50,140 nt of DNA, from positions 1 through 50,140 of the forward strand of contig DATDSR010000021.1 of NCBI GenBank assembly GCA_036517855.1, read 5' to 3'. The notes under the pieces were generated by a model. The model ran no database searches and was not told where the DNA came from. It worked only from the letters and a program-made list of their open reading frames with translations. This DNA is from Minisyncoccota bacterium (lineage in GTDB: Bacteria; Patescibacteriota; Minisyncoccia; Phycocordibacterales; DATDSR01). Position 1 is the first letter of the stretch. The number at the start of each line of letters is the position of its first letter. Positions 7,951 to 15,709 of the stretch are shown in pieces. A program made the position numbers and the translations under genes.

Positions 7951-8015
7951 GCATCGAAGGCGCTATGAGAGTCATCGAAGGTACTGCCCGCTCCATGGGT
8001 GTGGAGGTGAAGTAG
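7951..8015 (+). pseudogene. orphan duplicate of the last ~21 codons of rplK
   Basis: It aligns to 7352..7416 with 57/65 identities by hand alignment. It translates to [20 protein letters not shown]-stop, against [20 protein letters not shown]-stop in rplK, and has no upstream rplK body. Confidence 0.85.
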
Positions 8016-8041
8016 GCTTCAGAACACAATATAAAATTAAG

Positions 8042-8080
8042 ACGACCACGGGGAGGCCCGTGGTCGTTTGTGTTTGTGTG
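8042..8080. terminator. bidirectional hairpin terminator
   Basis: An 11-bp stem ACGACCACGGG/CCCGTGGTCGT with a GAGG loop is followed by a T-rich run on the plus strand and by CTTAATTTTAT on the minus strand. Confidence 0.75.
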
Positions 8081-8095
8081 CGCTAGGGTTGAGGT

Positions 8096-8650
8096 TCAGG
8101 CGACAGGGGCCTCCTTGTTTGCACCCAGCGAGACCTGCTCGACCACTACCATGCAGTGGTCTGGCCGGTTGCCGGTTACCAACAGGCATTGGCCGAGCTC
8201 TCCCATGACCTGGCCATTCAGGCCGCCGATGATTATGCCAGACACGGGCCTTCCGCAAACAATGCGGCCGTTTTCATGCCGGTGCATCTTCGGACAAGGG
8301 GCGAAGATCTCCGCCTTGCGACTCGCCTGAGTGGTGTCGACTCTGATAGCTGCCCGCTCGCGCCCTTGAGTCTCCTCCGGTCGGGTCTGCCTCAAAAGTT
8401 CCTGGGCTTGTTTCAAGTCACCCACGGGGAAGACCACGTAACTCTTGACCAGTGTCCTAACTCTCTTTGGTGGCTTTATCGACTTAGCGATCGAATCGGC
8501 CGGGTTTATGTGAACGAAATCTCCTCCTTTCATCATGCGTCTGAATCTGGCTGCCACCGAAAGGGTGGCCGTGCCGACGAGCACGTGTGATTCGATGATT
8601 GGCAACCGCACGTGCCCATGGCGGACCCGAGTTGAACCGTTCAGCCCCAT
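8096..8650 (-). CDS. hypothetical protein (no family recognised)
   Basis: 184 aa. A strong SD (AGAGGAGGT) lies 7 nt upstream of ATG 8650. It has a possible C/H cluster, CPKMHRHENGRIVC. The overlapping plus-strand ORF 8156..8590 is judged less likely. Confidence 0.55.
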   Translation of the reverse strand: MGLNGSTRVRHGHVRLPIIESHVLVGTATLSVAARFRRMMKGGDFVHINPADSIAKSIKPPKRVRTLVKSYVVFPVGDLKQAQELLRQTRPEETQGRERAAIRVDTTQASRKAEIFAPCPKMHRHENGRIVCGRPVSGIIIGGLNGQVMGELGQCLLVTGNRPDHCMVVVEQVSLGANKEAPVA

Positions 8651-8783
8651 TGTCCTGACCTCCTCTTTACCGAAAGTGAGACCTTGTCTTCCCCGTTTGC
8701 AAATCTACTCCAGGCGTTCCGAAATTACAAGCTTGTGCGTGGGACGGAAATAGTTTAAGGTGATGATGGAAAGGGGAACACAA

Positions 8784-9422
8784 ATGTTCAAAGGCAAATA
8801 TATAGTGCTCGAAGGTATCGAAGGTTCGGGCAAAGGCACCCAAGCTACGAGACTCGTGCAATGGCTTGGAGACTTTGCCAAGGTGATCAAGGTCCGTGAG
8901 CCGGGCCAGACGCCGACAGGCTTGAAGATACGGGAAATCCTTCTGGATAAGAATTCTGATTTAGCCACCACAGAAGAGCTACTCTTGTTTTTCGCCGACA
9001 GGGGGATGACCATGCGTGGCATGATCGTGCCAGCTCTCGAGCGTGGAGAGTACGTGGTGGCAGATCGTAGCTATCTCTCCACTTTTGCTTACCAGATAGC
9101 GGGACGCGAGAATAAGGGTCTCCTGCCGCTTTTCGAGGATTTGCTGACCCGCGTAGCTCACAAGATTGATCTGGCCCTTGTGCTAGATTTGCCTGCCGAA
9201 CAAGGGCTCGCACGTGTGAATCTGCGACAAGTGCAAACAGGACAGGCCATCGACCGTTTCGAGCAGGAGCAAATTGCCTTCCATGAGAGAGTGCGCAATG
9301 GGTATTTGGAGGGCGCTAGACGCTACGCGACCGTTACCGAAGTTATCGATGCTTCTGTCCCCGAAGAGGCGGTTTGGAGGCAAGTAATTCTACACGTCCG
9401 TCGGCACATGCTCGATGAGTAA
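8784..9422 (+). CDS. tmk: thymidylate (dTMP) kinase
   Basis: It has the P-loop LEGIEGSGKGTQ, then REPGQTPTG, then the DRSYLSTFAYQ (DRY/F) motif. ATG 8784 follows GGAAAGGGGA. The ORF could also start at 8760. Confidence 0.9.
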   Translation: MFKGKYIVLEGIEGSGKGTQATRLVQWLGDFAKVIKVREPGQTPTGLKIREILLDKNSDLATTEELLLFFADRGMTMRGMIVPALERGEYVVADRSYLSTFAYQIAGRENKGLLPLFEDLLTRVAHKIDLALVLDLPAEQGLARVNLRQVQTGQAIDRFEQEQIAFHERVRNGYLEGARRYATVTEVIDASVPEEAVWRQVILHVRRHMLDE

Positions 9423-9430
9423 AAGAAATA

Positions 9431-9471
9431 GGGCCCCAACCGTTCCGTGAGTTACGGAATGGAAGGGGCCC
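9431..9471. terminator. bidirectional hairpin between convergent tmk and thyX-like genes
   Basis: GGGCCCC...GGGGCCC outer arms enclose CCGTTCCGT/ACGGAATGG inner arms. Confidence 0.6.
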
Positions 9472-9477
9472 TTCAAG

Positions 9478-10830
9478 CTACCTCACTGTGATGTCATGTT
9501 CGCCGCGCCGGATGTCGAAGCGAGATGGTTCCTTGTCGAGATGGAGCACAAGGCCGTGTGGACCGAATTGCTCCTCCAGACTCCTCGCAATCAGGCCCGC
9601 CTTCTGGGCCAGGGTCGGGTGTACAAAACGGCTTGCGCGTAACTCCGCGAGGTAAACCAGCGAGGGCAAGCCTCCGGTAACCATGTTTGGTATCCGGTAA
9701 CCCATTGGCAAATAGTATTGCGCCTCCTTGCTACCAGCTCCCAGCTTCTCGAGTCTCTCCTTACTGCTTGATATAAAGCCGAGTGCTCTGGTTTGCAGAT
9801 CAGCAGGAAGTTCAGAGAGATACCAAGGATGGAAACCGTGACGGGTGGAGAGCAAGGGCATGCGCTGGTACACACCCCGATGCCTTTGGATGTCACGATA
9901 TGACCCAAAATCGAGAAGGAATTCGTACCTTACCATCCCCAAGTCGCCAAGGAAAGCGGGCAACTCGGTCTTGGCTGGGCGCTTGGAAAGTAGCCGCTCG
10001 AAGGTCTTAAGGTCGGAGCTGTGGATGTCGCACCGCGAGAGCCCGAACTCGGGGCACTCCCAGTCGCTGTATCCGTATTCCGGCATCCACCAAGAGTTGT
10101 AGTCCTCCTTGTCTTGGTATCGTTTGCTCGAGAAGGAGGATGGCGCGGCCTCCTTCAAGGCGTCCTCGATCGCTTCTGCCACAGTCCGGACTTCCGCTAG
10201 TGGGTGATGCCGCAGCAGATCGAGTTTGTCGGCAAACTGGCGCAGATTCGAATGCCAGGAGACGTTGGTGGCGGCTCCGGCGGGCAGAAAAGCTCGCATA
10301 ATGTCGAAAGCGCGAGCTCGGATAGCCTTCTCCCAGACGCTTTCTTTTTCACCCTCTTGTCTCGGGTATCTAAGCGCCAAGGCAGACACCACTTGGTTCA
10401 GACCTTCCAGATAGAAGTGCCGCCAGTTTTCCTGGATTCTTGCGCCCTCGGAATTCCCCAGCGGATCGACGAAGGGTTGTTTGCTGAAGTCCAGGTAGCG
10501 TGTAGACGACTCCTGACCGGAATATAGGCGATTGTCCTGCACCGCCTTAGCCACGGGCATCGACACACGCTCGATGAAAATTGTGGCGCTCCCGCAGTCA
10601 CCGATGGACTTGTGGCCGTAGCCTACATAGTAGGTGGCCATGAACTTCTCCGGACCCTTCTCGGCCAAGACTGTTAGGTTGTCTTCAACCTTTTCAACTG
10701 AGCGCGAGTAGAGAGCCTGGAGCATGGCGTCCGCTTCCGGACCGATCAGTGCCCCTGTGTTTAGCACCACGACTCTTCCTCCGCCCGGCAAATCCCGTGT
10801 TACATGTTTGAGATCTTTGATTGTGGCCAT
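9478..10830 (-). CDS. thyX: ThyX-like flavin-dependent thymidylate synthase, internally duplicated (two ThyX-like halves in one chain)
   Basis: ORF 9478..10875. The start is set at ATG 10830, preceded by GGAAAGGGGGTGG. Half 1 has GHKSIGDCGSATIFIE...YSGQESSTRY (the S..S.RY part of the ThyX motif). Half 2 has YRDIQRHRGVYQRM (the RHR part). Both halves carry a ThyX-like C-terminal helix block (NVSWHSNLRQF..., MVTGGLPSLVYLAELRASRFVHP). Confidence 0.7.
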   Translation of the reverse strand: MATIKDLKHVTRDLPGGGRVVVLNTGALIGPEADAMLQALYSRSVEKVEDNLTVLAEKGPEKFMATYYVGYGHKSIGDCGSATIFIERVSMPVAKAVQDNRLYSGQESSTRYLDFSKQPFVDPLGNSEGARIQENWRHFYLEGLNQVVSALALRYPRQEGEKESVWEKAIRARAFDIMRAFLPAGAATNVSWHSNLRQFADKLDLLRHHPLAEVRTVAEAIEDALKEAAPSSFSSKRYQDKEDYNSWWMPEYGYSDWECPEFGLSRCDIHSSDLKTFERLLSKRPAKTELPAFLGDLGMVRYEFLLDFGSYRDIQRHRGVYQRMPLLSTRHGFHPWYLSELPADLQTRALGFISSSKERLEKLGAGSKEAQYYLPMGYRIPNMVTGGLPSLVYLAELRASRFVHPTLAQKAGLIARSLEEQFGPHGLVLHLDKEPSRFDIRRGEHDITVR

Positions 10831-10928
10831 GAGCCACCCCCTTTCCTGTCGAGAGGCTAGCACAAGCAGTTTCAAAATGCTATGCTCTTTTCAGAATTGA
10901 TCGCCGAAAACAGGCGACAGGAGGAACC

Positions 10929-12029
10929 TTGAACGAATTTGGAGCATTGCCTAGACAAGCACTTGCTGGCCTTATCGAGGCCGGCAGGATTAAAGGTATA
11001 GACACAGCACTTGCCCAACCGGCATCGCTCGACTTGCCGGTTTCGGAGGAGTGGTACAGGGTCAACAGCATCTTCCTCCCGCGAACGGGTGAGCCGGTGC
11101 GCGATTGTCTCGCTCGTCTCGACGCCCAAGAGCATTCGGTCGGGACGATACTTGAGCGTGGCGTCAACTATCTCTCGCGGGTAGCGGGAGAGTTTGCCTT
11201 CGTGCCGAGCGTCTACGGCTACACCAATCCGAAGTCAACCACAGGTCGTACCGACGTGCATGTGCGCGTGGTAGCCGATGGAGTGCCAAGTTACGATTCA
11301 GCGGCTCCTGCAGGGTGGAAGGGCGAGTTGTGGCTCTTGGTGACACCCAAATCGTTCCCTGTGTTGGTGCCGGTTGGCACGGCTCTGGCCCAGTTGCGTT
11401 TGTGCAACCACAACACCAAGCTTGCGCGGACGGAACTTGAGCTCGAAGTGGAGAGACGCAAGCTCCTCTGGACGCTCGCTGGCGAAACTATCCACTGTGA
11501 GGACCAGTTAGTGCGGGTGGATGAAGGCTCGCTCGTGCTCACAGTGAATCTCTCTGGAGAGACCATTGGTTGGGAGTGCCTTGAGCCTTCAACCACTTTT
11601 GATTTCGGGGCACCTAAGGGCACGATTGATCCCAGCGAGTTCTTCGTCCCTCTCATTGGCCATAACGGTTCTCTGCGTTTGAGAGAGGGGCGTTTCTACA
11701 TCCTCTCAACACGTGAAGCTGTGCGCGTACCGCCCGAACTTGCCTGTGAGATGAGACCGCTTGATCCACGTTGGGGCGAGCTACGCACTCACTACGCAGG
11801 CTTCATCGATCCGGGTTGGGGTTGGGGCAAAAAGGGTGAAGGCAAAGGCCGGCCGATTACCCTTGAAGTGCGACCGTTCGAGAATATGACCCTCACCCAC
11901 GGCCAACCCATCGGGAGAATCCGGTTCGAGCGGATGATGGACGTGCCTGACGTACTCTATGACGCTGGCACTTCTCACTACTCTGTTCAGTCGGGACCTC
12001 GGCTGGCCAAGCAATTCAAGCACCCGTGA
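10929..12029 (+). CDS. long double-domain dCTP deaminase-like protein (DCD family)
   Basis: TTG start after AGGAGGAA. The C-terminal half has ILSTREAVRVPPELACEM...HYAGFIDPGWGWG...ITLEVRPFENMTLTHGQPIGRIRFERM, the dCTP deaminase/dUTPase-fold pattern. The N-terminal half repeats the fold in degenerate form. Confidence 0.7.
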   Translation: MNEFGALPRQALAGLIEAGRIKGIDTALAQPASLDLPVSEEWYRVNSIFLPRTGEPVRDCLARLDAQEHSVGTILERGVNYLSRVAGEFAFVPSVYGYTNPKSTTGRTDVHVRVVADGVPSYDSAAPAGWKGELWLLVTPKSFPVLVPVGTALAQLRLCNHNTKLARTELELEVERRKLLWTLAGETIHCEDQLVRVDEGSLVLTVNLSGETIGWECLEPSTTFDFGAPKGTIDPSEFFVPLIGHNGSLRLREGRFYILSTREAVRVPPELACEMRPLDPRWGELRTHYAGFIDPGWGWGKKGEGKGRPITLEVRPFENMTLTHGQPIGRIRFERMMDVPDVLYDAGTSHYSVQSGPRLAKQFKHP

Positions 12030-12040
12030 GTTTCGGGATA

Positions 12041-12074
12041 GGGCCTGGTGTTCGCACTGGGCCCGCCTTTTTTG
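12041..12074 (+). terminator. rho-independent terminator
   Basis: A 10-bp stem GGGCCTGGTG/CACTGGGCCC closed by a TTCG tetraloop is followed by GCCTTTTTT. Confidence 0.8.
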
Positions 12075-12095
12075 TATACTGGTTGAAAGAAGATT

Positions 12096-13856
12096 ATGAC
12101 GGTTTCTGAAACTATAAAAAAGCAAATAGGGGAGGCGCTTACTAAGCTGGGCCTTTTGGAGGTGCCTGCACCGAGCGAAGTCGAGGTGGAATTGGCCAAG
12201 GATATGGCACATGGGGATTATGCCAGCAATGTGGCTTTGATTTTGGGCAAGCAGTTGGGTAAGGATCCTAAAGAGTTGGCCGAGCAGATTTGCAAAGAGA
12301 TAGGATCTGATGCGCAGGGTTATATTGAGAGATGTGAAGTGGCCGGAGCGGGCTTCATCAACTTTTGGTTGTCTGAAAAATTTTACGCTGATACTCTTAA
12401 AGATGCTTTAGGCGAAAACCCCACTTCGCCAAGGCTTCGCGGGGCGAGGTTTGGGTGGGCGAGTGAGTTGAGAGGGAAAAAGGTTATGATTGAATTTTCA
12501 CAGGCCAATCCATTTAAGCAACTACACATCGGACACTTTGTCGGTACTGTTTTGGGTGAGTGTTACGCGCGGCTCCATGAGGCATCAGGGGCAAGTGTGT
12601 TGCGTGCCAATTACCAAGGTGATGTGGGAGTGCATGTGGCCTGCTCTTTGTATGGTATGCGCGAAATGCGGGAGACGTTACCAAATGAGGGGGCGGAGTT
12701 GACGGAGAAGACAGAGTTTTTAGGTAAGGCGTATGCTTTTGGAGCGAAGCAGTATAAGGAGAGCCCGGATATTAAAAGTGAGATAGATGAGATAAATAAG
12801 AAGCTTTATCAGAAGAGTGATCAAGAATTGAATGAACTTTATGAAATGGGAAAGCGTTGGAGCCTTGCTCATTTCGATACCATATACAAGCGATTGGGTA
12901 CTCGTTTTGACCACCTTTTCTTTGAGAGCGAGATGGCTCCCAAAGGCCTTGAGGTAATTGCGGCCCATCGGGAGGTTTTTGAAGATAGCGAAGGCGCGGT
13001 AGTTTTCCATGCTGAGAAATATGGTTTACACACAAGAGTATTTATTTCGTCCGCTGGTTTGCCCGTGTACGAGGCCAAGGAGCTAGGTCTTAATAAACAC
13101 AAATTTGATGTTGCCCCACTTGACCTATCTATCGTAGATACTGGTAATGAGATCAATGACTACTTCAAGGTCTTGATGAAAGTAATGGAGCTAACAATCC
13201 CCGAAGTGGCCAAGCGTACCAAACACGTTTCGCATGGCATGTTGCGACTGTCTACTGGCAAAATGAGCTCACGTACCGGTAACGTAATCACGGGTGAATC
13301 TGTGATGAACGACGCGGTGGCCAATTTACCCCCGAGCGAAATTTCTCTGGAGGATAAGGACGTCATTGCTATAGGCGCCATTAAGTATTCGATACTCAAG
13401 CAGGCCCCTGGGCGAGACATAATATTTGATATGGAGAAGTCGCTCTCACTTGAAGGGGATTCGGGGCCTTACATCCAGTACGCATACACAAGAGCACAAA
13501 GCGTGCTCTTGAAAGCTCAAGCACCAAAGTTCAAAGTTCAAACAAATCCCAATCTTCAAAACTTAAACGATAGCGAGAAAAAGTTAATGAGATTGATTGG
13601 CAGATTTCCTGAAATAGTTAATGAGGCACAAAAACTACTCGCTCCCCAGGTTGTTTGCACCTACTTGATAGAACTAGCAGGGGAGTTCCATCATTTTTAC
13701 GCTACTACCCGTATTGCCGACCCCTCGACAGAGCTCGGGGCAGGTGCCAATGTTGGCGAGATACGTACCCGTAGATTAGCCCTCACTGCCGCCCTGGCTC
13801 AAACCATCCAAAACGGCTTGTGGATATTGGGCATCGGCACAGTTGACAAAATGTAG
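12096..13856 (+). CDS. argS: arginine--tRNA ligase
   Basis: A class I enzyme with ANPFKQLHIGHFVG (HIGH region) and an anticodon-binding C-terminus ending in ...DKM. It contains a low-complexity insert, TSPRLRGARFGWAS. Confidence 0.95.
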   Translation: MTVSETIKKQIGEALTKLGLLEVPAPSEVEVELAKDMAHGDYASNVALILGKQLGKDPKELAEQICKEIGSDAQGYIERCEVAGAGFINFWLSEKFYADTLKDALGENPTSPRLRGARFGWASELRGKKVMIEFSQANPFKQLHIGHFVGTVLGECYARLHEASGASVLRANYQGDVGVHVACSLYGMREMRETLPNEGAELTEKTEFLGKAYAFGAKQYKESPDIKSEIDEINKKLYQKSDQELNELYEMGKRWSLAHFDTIYKRLGTRFDHLFFESEMAPKGLEVIAAHREVFEDSEGAVVFHAEKYGLHTRVFISSAGLPVYEAKELGLNKHKFDVAPLDLSIVDTGNEINDYFKVLMKVMELTIPEVAKRTKHVSHGMLRLSTGKMSSRTGNVITGESVMNDAVANLPPSEISLEDKDVIAIGAIKYSILKQAPGRDIIFDMEKSLSLEGDSGPYIQYAYTRAQSVLLKAQAPKFKVQTNPNLQNLNDSEKKLMRLIGRFPEIVNEAQKLLAPQVVCTYLIELAGEFHHFYATTRIADPSTELGAGANVGEIRTRRLALTAALAQTIQNGLWILGIGTVDKM

Positions 13857-13919
13857 TAATTGTGATAAGCTCCCAATCGGTCTGGGCCAACAAACAAAAC
13901 CCAGAGAAGGAGGCCAGCA

Positions 13920-14243
13920 ATGGCGGTAGCATACTTCGGTAAGTGCAAAAACTGCGGGGCAACGAACGAGGCTGTCAGCCAGCCCCGTTGCCAGTTCTGC
14001 CAGGGCGATCTCGAGCACGACGAGAAAACGTGCGAGTGCGAACCCTGCCAAACCAAGCGCGACATAGAAGCGGGTCGGCAAGGCTGGAGCTTGCTCATGC
14101 AGATGAAGCGCGACAAGCAGGATCTCAAGGCTCGCGAACGGCAGCTCGAACGCAACCAGTCGCAGGTCACTTGTCCGTCGTGCGCCGCAAGCCAGCCGAC
14201 AACGGCAAACTTCTGCGGCAACTGCGGGCAGAAGCTCAAGTAG
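13920..14243 (+). CDS. double zinc-ribbon protein with central coiled coil
   Basis: AGAAGGAGG lies 7 nt upstream. CKNCG...CQFC is at the N-terminus and CPSC...CGNCG at the C-terminus. Confidence 0.65.
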   Translation: MAVAYFGKCKNCGATNEAVSQPRCQFCQGDLEHDEKTCECEPCQTKRDIEAGRQGWSLLMQMKRDKQDLKARERQLERNQSQVTCPSCAASQPTTANFCGNCGQKLK

Positions 14244-14289
14244 TTCTCAAGCAGATTATCCCAAATCCATGAACTAAGCCCGGGAGGAT

Positions 14290-14492
14290 TCGTAAAGAAC
14301 CTCGATAACACGGAGCGTGTCATGGGTTTCTACTATGCCGTTAAGTGGAGGACCGCAACCGCAACGAAACGAAAGTTTCGCCAAAGACCACAAAGGCATG
14401 GACACTTTTTTCAAAAAGTGCTGGAGCAATCCAGGGTTGATGATCGCGCGTTTAGAAAAGAAGCCACCAAAATGGCTTCTTTTTCGATTTTA
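14290..14492 (+). ncRNA. candidate structured RNA or leader (unclassified)
   Basis: Plus-strand hairpins are capped by GNRA loops: CGAAAC-GAAA-GTTTCG (14365..14380) and CTGGA-GCAA-TCCAG (14421..14434). There is also CACTTTT/AAAAGTG (14403..14420). A terminator-like stem GAAAAGAAGCCA/TGGCTTCTTTTTC plus GATTTT lies at 14455..14492. ORFs in this interval look non-coding. Confidence 0.3.
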
Positions 14493-14551
14493 CCTTCGGC
14501 CTGTGGATACTGGGCAGTGGGGTTCCCGAGAAGATGTAGTACAATGGAAGC

Positions 14552-14654
14552 GTAAATGGCAAATGGCAAATGGCAAATGTTTGGCGGTAGGATTTTGGTT
14601 TTAATCAGTATTTTTGTTTTCACATTTACCATTTACCATTCCACATTTACCATT
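14552..14654. repeat. heptad-periodic inverted repeat element, (AAATGGC)n ... (CATTTAC)n, copy A
   Basis: The left arm is GTAAATGGCAAATGGCAAATGGCAAATGT. The right arm is CACATTTACCATTTACCATTCCACATTTACCATT. It overlaps the 5-prime end of the CDS at 14556. Confidence 0.8.
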
Positions 14655-15677
14655 GCTCGAGCGGAGACTTGCACCCCCAACTTGCCAAAAGTTGTGGCTC
14701 ACACGGGAGATATCACGGGTGGTCTCGATTCACTCGTTACCAAAGATGGCCAAGGGGTAGTAATTAAGAACGGTTCTTTGATCATAGACTTGGGTTGTTT
14801 TGCCGACCACTCGAGTTCAGATTTACGTTTGTACGTGATTGGCCGTTCGCACGGGGCGGAGGTCTCTGTGGGGCAGAAGCTGGGCCAGTGGCTTGCCATC
14901 CCAGCCACCATCCCACCCCACTACAAGCCTTACGTATGCACGCGCAGTGAATGTGCCGGGTATAAGCCAAGCACTGTGTCAGAGTTTTGCGACGGCAAAG
15001 AGACTTTGCCCGAGGCGACAGATGGTTGTGTCACTGGTGACCAATGGTTTAATTTAGACATTGGTTCGACTTCCTTCGACTTCGCTCAGGATAAATCGCT
15101 CACCACAAGTGGTAATCATCAATACCGTTATGTTTATATTTCAAGTGACAAAGGCGTGCACATAGACGCGATTGAGACAATCGCCCCCAGCCAGTCGGTT
15201 GATTTGTATATATTAAATGGTTCGACTTCGCTCACCACAAGTGGTAATAACCACTTGCAATTTCTCGATGGCACGGTGGCTGGAGTTTACAAATTAGGCG
15301 CCACGCTTGTTGGTATACCCGCCGGCAAGTATGCGTACACCTTCAGTTGTAATCTCAATCATGCTGTACCCACTAAAGGCGATATCGTCGTGCAATCTGG
15401 CCAAGAATCAAAAGAAGTTGGTCCCCTTACTTGCAGTTACGGCCAGGACGGCAGTTATCAAGCAAGTCTCACCATAGATAGTCCGTCAGGGGCCGTGAGC
15501 GATAGCGCGAGTATTGTCATCGGTAAACCAAGCGGAGCAAATGCCCAAGCTGGCGGTGTCAAAGCAGGCCCTGCGAGCAAAAAAGTTCTTGTCCTCCTCG
15601 GCCTGCTCATCGCCCTGGCCGTAATCTTTGAACTCGTGCATCGTGCTCGTCGCCCCGCCCCTCCCAACGTTACTTGA
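14556..15677 (+). CDS. secreted/membrane-anchored hypothetical protein
   Basis: 373 aa with an N-terminal hydrophobic signal (ILVLISIFVFTFTI) and a C-terminal TM (VLVLLGLLIALAVIF). An alternative start is at 14577. It carries two in-frame copies of the GGTTCGACTTCGCTCACCACAAGTGG-type repeat. Confidence 0.6.
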   Translation: MANGKWQMFGGRILVLISIFVFTFTIYHSTFTIARAETCTPNLPKVVAHTGDITGGLDSLVTKDGQGVVIKNGSLIIDLGCFADHSSSDLRLYVIGRSHGAEVSVGQKLGQWLAIPATIPPHYKPYVCTRSECAGYKPSTVSEFCDGKETLPEATDGCVTGDQWFNLDIGSTSFDFAQDKSLTTSGNHQYRYVYISSDKGVHIDAIETIAPSQSVDLYILNGSTSLTTSGNNHLQFLDGTVAGVYKLGATLVGIPAGKYAYTFSCNLNHAVPTKGDIVVQSGQESKEVGPLTCSYGQDGSYQASLTIDSPSGAVSDSASIVIGKPSGANAQAGGVKAGPASKKVLVLLGLLIALAVIFELVHRARRPAPPNVT

Positions 15678-15709
15678 CTCCCTCGACCACCTCCCCCATA
15701 ATCCCCTTA

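Noticed and set aside
14244-14555. RNase P RNA or tmRNA in the gap after the zinc-ribbon gene. The minus strand contains CCCGGGCTTAG, which resembles the CR-V ACCCGGCUUA.
   Set aside because: There is no GAGGAAAGUCC-type CR-I element and no tRNA-like T-arm/CCA end. There is no tag-peptide frame ending in a typical ...AA stop, and the length is too short. The GNRA loops are on the plus strand, so it is kept only as an unclassified candidate RNA.
14317-14604. ORFs 14317..14604 (95 aa) and 14322..14555 (77 aa) as protein-coding genes.
   Set aside because: They are mutually overlapping frames and are rich in Arg, Trp, Lys and Cys with no hydrophobic core pattern. They have no SD and overlap the hairpins and the heptad repeat. 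They are more likely non-coding.
15063-15080. tRNA genes suggested by GGTTCGA-type T-loop-like strings (for example 15063 and 15219).
   Set aside because: No acceptor stem, D-arm or anticodon arm can be drawn around them. They are part of the in-frame GC-rich repeat inside a CDS. I could fold no tRNA-like cloverleaf in any intergenic region of the window.
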